Below are positions 27,401 through 37,650 of a stretch of DNA of 64,000 nucleotides, piece after piece. The number at the start of each line of letters is the position of its first letter. Within the stretch, counting starts at the first letter, position 1. The DNA comes from Laetmonice hystrix (lineage: Eukaryota): contig OZ249440.1 of the NCBI GenBank assembly GCA_965235115.1, forward strand, positions 7,316,001 to 7,380,000. Reading direction: 5' to 3'. Both the position numbers and the translations under genes were made by a program. The notes below the pieces were generated by a model. The model saw nothing but the letters and a program-made list of their open reading frames with translations, made no database searches and was not told the DNA's origin.

Positions 27401-30400
27401 TTCATGATTACATGAACTGTTCACGTCGTGAGACCTATCGCTACCAACGCTTAATCAATATTGTTATAGCATAACTCCCATTGCATGCCAGTATCTTATA
27501 TATAACATTGTAAATGGGAATTAGTTTCGCTGAAATCGAGCCAAAAAAAACTAGCAGGTTTCAATGCATTCCCCCACACAAATATATCAAATACTACCAT
27601 CACAAAGTATAGCTCTAAAATAATACATAATCTGGATGAAAACTCTCCCAGACTTCGTGCAGAGATTTCCTCTGAGATGACAAGAGGTATAGCGTCTCCC
27701 GTGTTTGGTAACCGGTAAAACATCCGGGGTTCTCCAGTACAGGTAATACCTCCAGTGTTTAGAGGAGCATTCCTCCAGTACTTAGACAGTGCCTGCAGAC
27801 ACTGATGGTATCCTGGCAGTCGTCCATGGCCGGGAGAAGTGGCTCCAGGTGCACAGATCACGCTCTCACCACCTGGAGAACTTCACAAAACACTCCGCCA
27901 AAACCGTCCAACTTTATACTCCTCAAACTTTGTTAGCAGATTCTGGCATCACTGACATGAACCACACAGACGACGGCGTACGTCTATGTGTTCAACACAG
28001 ACATGAAACATCGCTTCTGGCTGTAGGTTTTACTTCTGGAGTTTATAATGATGGCATCCCCAACAAATTGGTAAAACCAGCGAATATATGAATGATAGGA
28101 GAGGCTACCGCTTTGTTTGCGGGCAATAACTTTGTGTGGCATTTATATGCTGCCGATGGGCAGCCAGATTGTAGTACATGTTGAGTTATCACCTACGTAA
28201 GCTGCGGCTGTTTGGGGGGTAGGGAGAGGTTTACCAGAAGTACTCGTGGATGGGCGTGTACTCCGCCGCCTACTCCGCAAAAATTCAAGGGAAGGGGCAC
28301 ATAAGTTTGACCTTACAATGTCAACTGATGTACTAAACTTTACGTCATCATCTCAAAACGTCTCAGTAGTATACTGTGGATAGGGTGTGAGGACGTGTGA
28401 CTTCTAGAAAAAATATCGCACCAGGATAAAAAAATATTTATATGCCATCTGGGCTGAATGTTGGATAAAGTCATAGAGCGACGCCGAGGTAGGCCAGTCG
28501 ATCGTCAGTCGATCCACCTGGTAAAGTAGCCGAAATAGAAAAAGAAAACATCAATAAAATTGCAAACGTTTCCGAGTCACGTATGTACATCCTCAAATCT
28601 GGCCTGACCCAATGTTCGGAACACGTCCTATCCCCGACACGGAGTCTCTATGGTTACCGATCAAACAGGATTAGTCCGGCTTTGGTTTTCTGCTGACCGC
28701 CATGTTTGTCACCCGACGGTGTCCTCTACACGGGGTCGGTGGTGTCCCCGCCGGCCGAGTCCACACGACTGTTGACCGGCCATAGTGAGAGCACGAGGTC
28801 GGTCTGACGGTAAATACAGCCAGACGGTCAACTTTACCGTCAGAGTGAGTCTCCCGCTCGGTACACACAGAATGAGGCGCTAGAATGGGTTCACACTCTG
28901 GGTCCACACAAACCGGGACAGATGGTAACTACCGGCAGAATAACTTGACGGGATTGGATTTCCGCTCACTGGGATCAATTTCTGATAGAGCCCAGTAAAT
29001 CTGGCTCTACTCGAACTTCTATCTGACTTGTGAGGTGGTTTTTTGTGGAGTGATGAATAGCCGGACTTTATAATGAGTCTAGAAGTCTTCAAGTCTAGAA
29101 GGTACCCTGGAATCCCTTGTCAGTTTAAGTTTCGTTTTTCAAGATCAACAACTGAGCTGTTATATTTCAACACCCTCGCCGTATAGCTGACTCCAATTTG
29201 TATAGCTCAGGGAGAAACACACTCCTTGGAACACTTAAACCAGTTTTTGTGAAATATGTCAGTGGGCGTTGGATGGAAATCACCCCACAAGTATACACAT
29301 CAACTTCAACTTGCCACTCCTCTTTGGTTTTTCATTCGGGAGGTCAAAACCAATTTTCTTACAAGGATAGATACAACTATTTGAAAGTAATCTCAAAGTA
29401 GTTTTTACTGTTTATCACGCACCGCTAAAGCCTGTAATCATATATCATTGCACAACTTATCCAGCCTGTATACGTGTTAGAGAGGTAAAGGTGGGCTCCC
29501 TTGGGTTACAACCCCCCTCTCAGCAGCATCCAGTGATAATAAGTGGTTACGCCGTACCCTTGTTGTATGGGGCCAGATGGGCGCTCCCCTTCCAAACCCA
29601 GGCCCCAACCCCCGCCAACAACCCTAACTATACCTTGATGTAACCCTTACTCATACCCCACCCCACCTCTCAAATCACCAGGTAGCTCAGCCCCCCCCCC
29701 CCCCCAACCCCGGACTGCACTCCCTGCGGCTACCCTCTCCGAGCCCCGGGGGTATCTTACGTCACCGAGGTGATGCTCGGCACATTACCACACCGGAAGA
29801 CAGACAAATTAGACCGGATTTTCACGCTGACCCCGCTGTGTGTAAAGGGCTCAATGTATTCCCCTCCAGGCCACTCTACCCCCCACCCCCACCCCACAGG
29901 GCTGGGACATCAGCTGCTCTAAGTGCTAATGTGAAACGGGACTCTGACACAGTGTGAAGATGTGTATTTCGTGTTATGCAACCTGCATTTATTCACTGTT
30001 ACTTACATATACACCGGCAAGGTTTGTTTGACCAGACTTCTGAGGCAGATAAAAATCTGGAGCCAAGGTCATGTTACAGGTGAACATGAAAGACTCAAGG
30101 ACATCAAAGAAGTCAAAAGACCCGCCACGCGTCCCACTGACAGGTCCACAGGAATAATTAATACCGTCCGTGTATAAACAATATACTTACCTGTCAAAAA
30201 CTGCCTCAGGTCCCAAACACGTTGCTTACTTCTCGGCCTGAATCTGTCATACTAAATCATTTTCATGAATTGTTGCTGTAATAGCTTATAATTGAGCCAG
30301 CCGGTTCGGCCGATCAGAGCCAGATCCTCTATGACCGGCCTGTATTTTGTCCGGATATAGGGTCGACGATTCGGAAAGGACCTGTGGACAATCTATAGAA

Positions 30401-33400
30401 GTACCGGTGGAGCCCACCCTGAACACCCAACTTTGGGGTTTTTACGCTGCAGGAATTTCGCCTGTAGTGAAGTGACTGGTTCCAACAGTAGAACGTCACA
30501 CGCTTGCCCTCTCAACCCCTCTCAATAAGTGATTACATATGATTACAGGGCATTACATCACCCTTTGTCTGCTATCCACCCACAATCTATACCCTATAAC
30601 AGATGCTGGGGCTTGCGAGACGATGGGTTTACTTACAATCCGATCAGATTATTCCATTTTGGTGGTAATTACCATGAAATAACCGGTAAATGGCAGCATA
30701 ATGAATAGAGTACCAGCATATCCAAGTGAGCCACTGCCTTATGTTAATGATAGGTCCGTTAATTAACGTCAAACATTAACATACAGCTGTTGATTGACAA
30801 AGTCGTGACCTGTGTTCACGCTGACCCTGAGGCTAGTACCACAATCAGCCGATGACATAATGGAAAGAAACAGGCACAGAGAACCAAAACACCTGGACCC
30901 GGTTTTTTCTTAGACATTTGTAGTCAGTCTCAAACAAAGTTTGCATTTGTGTACTGGACAGACAATGGATATGTCGGTCTGTTGTTACCGGTAACTGTCA
31001 CACTGACCAAACAGAGCCAAGGCTCACAGAGCCAGGAGCTAATAGAATCTAGTAGGACAGATACTCCATTCCACGCCTGGTCTAATATACCAGCTGCTTT
31101 CTGTGTCAAGTATTTCCAAGGCGCTGTATACGGTGATCATATGACACTACTGTATTCTAGTCGTCAATGACTGGCTCGGGTCTCGCTCAGTAACTGACCT
31201 CTAGCGGGCCTTTATTTACTCCTAATTGGCGTGGCATTATTTACATTTTAACGAGCCCATTACTTGCCATAGAAGGGTATTGATTATGGGAGACCGAAAA
31301 GATCATAAGGCATTAGTTTACTAATGGTGGGCGCCGAGTGGGGGGAGCATGAAATGTGCTCCAGTTAGTAAACCATAAGTAGGTAGGAACTCGGACGTCA
31401 CTCAGCCTACATGGGGCACACCCTTCTTAACTCTCACCTGTGCCTTTTCTAGGAGTTTCTGTTAAAAATCAGAATTCAGATACAAGGGGTAAAATCGTTT
31501 CATTCACTTTGTCAGCATGTACCCATTACACTAGAATAAAAATACATGTATAGTCATTATGGAGCTGAATCTGTTGCTGCAGCCTGCCGTATCTCAACAG
31601 CTGTATCATCATTACAAGCCCAGGTGAACGGGGTTATCTTACCTGTAAACAAACCACTGATCTAATCATTGTGTGCCATAATTTATAACTTCATCATGCA
31701 CCTGGACATGGTGGAGTTCTACGGTGTGACATCATATCAGGAAAACATTGTTTCCCACGAGTAACCACCCACCCCCCTCTCTCAATGTGATATACTCAAT
31801 GTAAACATCCTGTCTTGATATACCAATTGTTCCGATTGTTAGCGGGGCAGGGGGGGGGCAGGGGGGCAGGGGGGCAGGGGGGCAGGGGCCGGGTCAGGGC
31901 CGGGGCCGGGGTGGGGCGGGACCACCACAGGGTGGGACCGTCCGGTGGGACCGTCCGGTCCCGTCGCACCAGCTGTAGGGCGGTACGATATAACAGAACC
32001 ATATACCACACCATCACAATCTGCGGGAAGCAATACATTTTAATGGAAAGTCAGAAGGGCTCCTATGTCCGGTTCCATTGCGATACTTTATATAAGCTTT
32101 ACAAATTCAAAATAGGGGATGTCCCATTTTACGACCAGCTGTGGCTGGAGTCGCCAGGCCTCCATCCAATACTACTTATCATTACACATACCCCATTCTA
32201 CTGAAACCTGGCGCCGCCGGCTGAAGATACTGTACTGTTTGTATTCATAGAAAATAGCTGTTTATTTGAGGTCGATCTAAACCAATAGTGGCTACATGGC
32301 CGTTTGTTTGTAGTGTCAGCAGATAAAGGTCCCGAGCCGCACCCAGATATAGATACTGGCCGTGTCATGACGTGAAGCAGGTTTGGCTTCACGTTGATGG
32401 TCGTAGTGATATATTATATATTTGGGATGAGAACCCTGAGGGGGACTCCGAGGATCTAAAGATTTTCCGGCTGACCACATCCTCCGGTATAGAACACGAT
32501 CACACGTTCAATCCTATAAGATCAAGTTTATAATACATGTATATACATGAATGTGGTCACAATGTGGGTCTACTTCATGTAGGGGTTATCTGGTAACTAT
32601 GGAGAACCCGAGTAACGTTTGAAGTTTTTGTTTTCTATATAGGCTGGGCGGTGGGGGTGGGTTACCACTATTGATGGGTCTACTGGCAAACTTATGATAC
32701 GGTATTTGTGGAGGGTATCTCTCGGTGCCATTTTATATAGAGACACTTATATATCAACAACCATTAGACTTTCCGCTACAAAACTCGGGTCCGGGGCCCT
32801 CACATAGCCTCGAGCGTCAGCTGTGGGCCTGCACAAACATATCAGTCGATTCTAAGGAAAATGGTCTACAAATTTTCAGTTTACATACTGTTTGCTACAA
32901 AAGATAGAATGTGATTGCTGGAGCATGACTATATACCTTGACTTGGATAGCATCAATAACACTTGTTATTATCGTAACTTACTTAGAGAATGAATCTCGG
33001 CCAGATATAGCTTTTTACGAGAAGCGAACATAAAAGAAACAATCATGTAAATTTCGAGGGGTCTAGCATACGGTACTCCGGGGCAACACCTTGATGTAGG
33101 AGATGTTTATTTATTGTCAGAAACTCAAATAAACAACCTTTTTATTCTGGCCTCAAGTCAGTTACCGTAGAGGCGCACCCTCCTTCGTTAGACCCTGGAG
33201 GTAACAATTTCTCGCCTTGAGGAAATGCCCGAGTCGTGACTGAATGGGGTAAGGGGGTGGGGGTGGGGATCTCCTTGAATGACTCAACACTTCATCAGAT
33301 AGGTATATCCCATACACCTTGGATCAACCAAACGACCCAGTCATTAAGTGTTACCTCCCTCTTGCTTGGCCTTGCATGCATGCCAGAAAGAAAACCTCGC

Positions 33401-36400
33401 TTGACACTGTAAAACTCGTCAAGTACCCAGCCCTCCCCTTTCTCCGCCAAGCGCACCCTGCTCCGCCCCACTGCATGCCCCCTCACCTCTCTGCGTGCTC
33501 CTCCCGACCACTGCATGCGGCCATTATCAGTGCAGAGACACACGGACCCCAGCCCCGGGACAACCCATCTCCCATCTGCTCTCTCCCCAACCAGCAGGAC
33601 CAGCTGCCCACCGCCCGGCTAAAAAAGGCCATCTCTACCCTGGGGTATCTCTGTGACTGCATCTGTCACAGCATCATGTCCCCCCATCATGTTATCATGT
33701 CACTGGGGCTCTTACATCGTCATATCACATCACAGGCAGCTGCTGGGAGACAAGTTGATATCTCTGGAGGTTCGCAACAATCACTCCCGCCTTTAACTGG
33801 CTCACAGAGGCATGCAAACTCACATCAACCCCCTCCCCTAGGCCATTACTGTTTGGTAAAATTTGTCATTCTTCACCAAACTGCCACTTCTCAATGAATA
33901 GCGAACTTCTAGCCTCTTCAGTGTTCGGTATTCTCTAAATACGTCTTCTCAGTTCTGTTTTCTTGTATTTGGGTCGTCATGTAAATAAGAATCCAATGAC
34001 AGGCTTTTAGTCGCCATCTGATAAGGCTTCACTAAAATATTTATACATGAGAATTAATAGCTTGTGACAAGGCATACAAAAAGTTTTATTCTCTGAGGTC
34101 AATTATGAATAGATTGCCGCCCCAATGTTCTTCAACCAGGAGCTTTGAAAAACAATTACACGAACATCTGTTGGAGTATGTTTTGTATTTGCCTGGAAGA
34201 GGCCAATTGATTATAGTTGGATGACTCCATTTTCAATTATATAATGTGAGCTATTTCGGGAACCCCCACTCACCTAGGTAAATAATGATATCAGGTGATG
34301 CAGTTCGACTTCTCTTATAGATGTCAAAAGTTGGATTATATGAGACCAACCATATTCACTGGCTGTGTATCCGAGTCGTTCACTTTGTCCTAGAGATATT
34401 CTTTGATCACTGAGGACATACCTGCGACGTGCCGAGCGCCTGCCGCCACAGCTAACCGCCTAATCTGACTGCTGCATGCCTCCAGAAACAAACGTCGTGT
34501 TCCTTTTGTCAAAGTAACACATAAATTTTCGTCGGATTGGACCAGTGGAGATACCAGAGGCAATGTACAGTGATCTTATCCCTTCTCGTCTGCCAACAGT
34601 GAGGCCAATTACCCCGATTTAATTCAGGCTTACTGAGCCCTGCCTCAACCAGTAGCAGGACACTGTACTAAAGCCAAAGATATATTTTGTACCTGCAGGC
34701 TTTGTAACGGGTGCACGGCCAGACACTCAAATTACAAAATCTTTAAATTGTGAAGCCAGCTTATCTCTCATGCTGATTTCTATGACTTTAGTTAAGTTCA
34801 TGTTATGGGCGCAGATGCCTTTCTCCGCGATGAAAGATGGAATATTAGTAAAGGATTTCAGAACACTTTTGTAACTATTGACTGGCCTTGCGGGGCCTAC
34901 CACAATCGGCCTGCTCCACATGACAAGCGTTTCAAACATTCGGTTATCATGAGAGCCACCTAATATGGAGATCAAAATAGCACTTATTTTCCTGTGCCTA
35001 AATTTAGCCAATTTGTCCAACCAAGAGTGACGCTGCTTTTCAATGTTCGATTACAATGTAATGTCCATGCCATGCGAGACATCTACCACTACTGGTAATT
35101 ATTGTTCAACAGATGATATGAAGTGGCTAATTTCAGCTGTTGATGGAATACATAGTCAGAATAACTGGCTGGCTATATTGACTACTTGTCAGTTCCTTTG
35201 TATATCCACCAGCAGCTGAGGAGCTTCCAAATTTTAGGGCAAAACATCAGTGCTTTTGTACACCACGTACTTGAAGAAGGTTAAAACATGCACCCTCCCA
35301 TTCCCTTATAGGGTCCATGCCTGCCTCTTCTTAATTGTATGTGTTGAATAATACACTGTGTTCTGTTGTCAGGATAATAGTCAGCAATCAATAAAACCCA
35401 ATGAGGGGGTCACTCTTCCATGCCACTACAAACAACATGCAATGTTTCCTTGTTAAATGGCACCCCGACTCGCTCAGGTCTGATCGCCCGGTGGTCGACC
35501 CCGGTCAACGGCTGTCAAACATTGAGTAACGCTATCACATGGCCGGTCTTCAAAGCTGTCACGGGGCCGGACACACATCAAAGGACGGTCGGGTAATGGG
35601 ATTTTATTCCTACCTGGCCACATCCCTTGAGGGGAAGGGGTTGGGGGTTGTATAACATAATAGGTAGGGCATCTCGGGACGTGAAGAGAATGGTATAATA
35701 GGGAAGCAGGACTGTGGACCAAACGTGAGGAAACGGGCCCGTATAGATGTTAATGGTGGTCAGGATAAGATCAGGTATGGCCTTGGGCTATGTTAAAACA
35801 CGGCCCCACACCGACTCCGACTCCCCACACCCCCGGCCACCGACACGTACCCGTCCCCCGACCTCAGGCGTCAGGGAGCGGGCAAACCTTACACAGCCAT
35901 GGACGCCAAACTCCTGACAGAAAACTGGCATCAATCTGGAGTGAAACCTCTCCCGGGTAATAATCTGTATATCTTCACATGCTCCCAGGTGTCTACACCA
36001 TTAACCCTCCGTGTATGATGGAACCACGCAGTGAGGCATACTCCGACACGCCCGTCCGGGATGGGCGTTAATGGGTTAAGGGTTTACCTTTAATGAGGTT
36101 TAGGGGAAGGTAAGGGAATCCCATGGGAAAATACCTGTGAAGTATTCAGGTGGGTTCGGTAAACGACCATGGTACAGCTGTTGCTTGGGTAGTTACGTGT
36201 TTACTGGCTGAACACTACCCTTTTGAAGGAAACAATTCAAACTCACTTTGACTTTGAAAACTTTCACTATGAAAACCATAAAACCATAATAGGTTCTCCA
36301 CCATCGATTTAAAAAGTATCCTTGACTTCGGTCATGATATATTTAAACTGCACTTGCCAGTTTAAAAAGTCCCGTGGGACAAATATCATGACAAGTATTC

Positions 36401-37650
36401 CACAAATTGCGACACGAGATCATGCCTGTGAGTGTGAGACTTTCACTACCTGATGTCAAACAGATTCATCATGAACTCATACAAACTGACACTGAGGTTT
36501 TAGATGCTGAGACTTTACCTGGGGAGTCCTAACAGATGGGAACCCTTTAATTACCCCACCTCCCCAAGTCCACCCTCGACACCCCTGACAAGGGTTGAGA
36601 TTACACACAGAAAGAGGCGCTCTTAACCAGCATTAGCCGTGCCCGATATGGCCTGTCCGATAATGGTCAGACTGTGTGGTCAGGATGAATAGCCTGATCC
36701 CGGTGATCATCAAAGGACCGGTCATCCAGGTGGACAGGTCTGTAGTGACCATCAGGCTGGACAATGACTCCTCACTGAGGGATGAGACTGAGTGTCCACG
36801 GCCGGACGATTCCCGTGATGGATGACACTGGACACTACTTTGTCTGCTCACCGTGGTGTCTCTCAACCCCCCTCCTTCCCGTCACAGACTGACCATTGTC
36901 CAGTCGGCGTCCACTCCCTGCCATACCTGACATATAGCACCAGTATCCAGTCATATATCATCCTGGCGAGGGAAGATGCTTTCAGAGGTATCATCAGGGG
37001 TTGATTTAAATCTTAGTTTTCAGTCCAGATAAGGGCCACCAAGGTAGAGTTTGAAAACGACCAGACTACTTCTATATCAGCGGTGACTTCTCATGTCAGG
37101 TTGGATTTACTGCTCCTGTATACAGACCAGTAGAACCCGCAGGTGATCACTGTCCTGTCCAGTAGATAGGGAACGCCAGGCAATATTTTTCAGAAATTAC
37201 AGTCTGCTCCGACAGCCTCAACACCTGCCATTGGTGTACTGGTCATTAAACCCTAATATACAAACTTGTAATTTAACCGCGATCTTGATATGCCGCATAA
37301 CTTAGAAAATAACGCAAAAAGAACAAAATATGGCTTTAAAAGTTCCCTAGAAGAAAAACCCAATTGTTGTAGACCTATTCTCAGTTTACTGACGTGTATC
37401 TCTTGATTTTCTGTCACCAGATTCCTACTGTCCCCCGCCAAGTAACTCCACGGTCCCGGTGCCTCACCTGGAGAAGGCCACCTTCAGCCCGGAGAACATG
37501 GCTGGTCTCCTTCACAGTCAGCAAGTCCTGCACCAGGAACAACGTCACCACTACCGTCGTCGTCATCACGACATGAGCCGTCACCATGGCAACCCCAGTC
37601 TATCACGTCATCGAGACAGGAGGACGGAGGACCACTGGCCTGGCCGGTAG
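15339..37650 (+). CDS. Secreted Tae4-family (T6SS amidase effector 4) domain protein, dae4-like, catalytic Cys replaced by Ala; 3 coding exons, 269 aa
   Basis: join(15339..15410, 26790..27297, 37421..37650) = 72+508+230 = 810 nt. One open frame, GT-AG boundaries and matching phases (0, then 1). In-frame upstream stop at 15174-15176. The middle exon carries the Tae4 motifs NTASIRMSWALN, TGKDGQQYIFR, FTGKQGIV, SGHMGLWD and the terminal EFW. Confidence 0.8.
25261..25332. repeat. 24-bp tandem repeat, 3 copies
   Basis: AACCAAACACCTCCACAACACAAT at 25261, 25285 and 25309. Confidence 0.9.
26290..26360. mobile_element. Very short MITE (71 bp) with both terminal inverted repeats
   Basis: The left end CTGGGACTAGTTCGTAAAAAC and the reverse complement of the right end CTGGACCCAGTTCGTAAAAAC match at 18/21. 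26299-26332 matches the reverse complement of 6320-6353 at 31/34. Confidence 0.7.
26790..27297 (+). CDS. Coding exon 2: complete Tae4-family (NlpC/P60-like fold) amidase domain, 169 codons plus 1 nt
   Basis: Acceptor TTTTCTCTCTTGATCTACTTGCAG (AG 26788-26789) and donor GTAAGA at 27298. Motifs are colinear with enterobacterial Tae4 as I recall it (NACPIRMSYVLN, TGSDKKRYMFR, FAGKQGII, TGHVTLWN, C-terminal FW). Confidence 0.93.
31844..31920 (+). other. G-rich tract with strong G-quadruplex potential, in intron 2 of the Tae4-like gene
   Basis: (GGGGGGCA)n-type repeats followed by GGGGCCGGGTCAGGGCCGGGGCCGGGGTGGGGCGGG; more than ten G3+ runs with 1-3 nt loops. Confidence 0.75.
34105..34400 (+). mobile_element. 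Decayed LINE (L2/CR1-like) apurinic endonuclease fragment
   Basis: Reads NRLPPQCSSTRSFEKQLHEHLLEYVLYLPGRGQLIIVG*LHFQ, resembling the YRPP...LIIVGDFNFH segment of L2/CR1 APE domains. A downstream PTIFTG resembles PTHxxG. Contains stops. Confidence 0.45.
37421..37650 (+). CDS. Coding exon 3 of the Tae4-like gene: Cys/Pro linker and His/Arg-rich C-terminal tail
   Basis: Strong acceptor TCTTGATTTTCTGTCACCAG. Phase 1 completes GAT (Asp), then it reads SYCPPPSNSTVPVPHLEKATFSPENMAGLLHSQQVLHQEQRHHYRRRHHDMSRHHGNPSLSRHRDRRTEDHWPGR and TAG. GC-rich and codon-like against AT-rich flanks. Confidence 0.72.

Noticed and set aside
33319-33897. 192-aa plus-strand ORF in intron 2
   Set aside because: Non-ATG start, low-complexity Pro/His/Ser content from C-rich DNA, and no recognisable motif.
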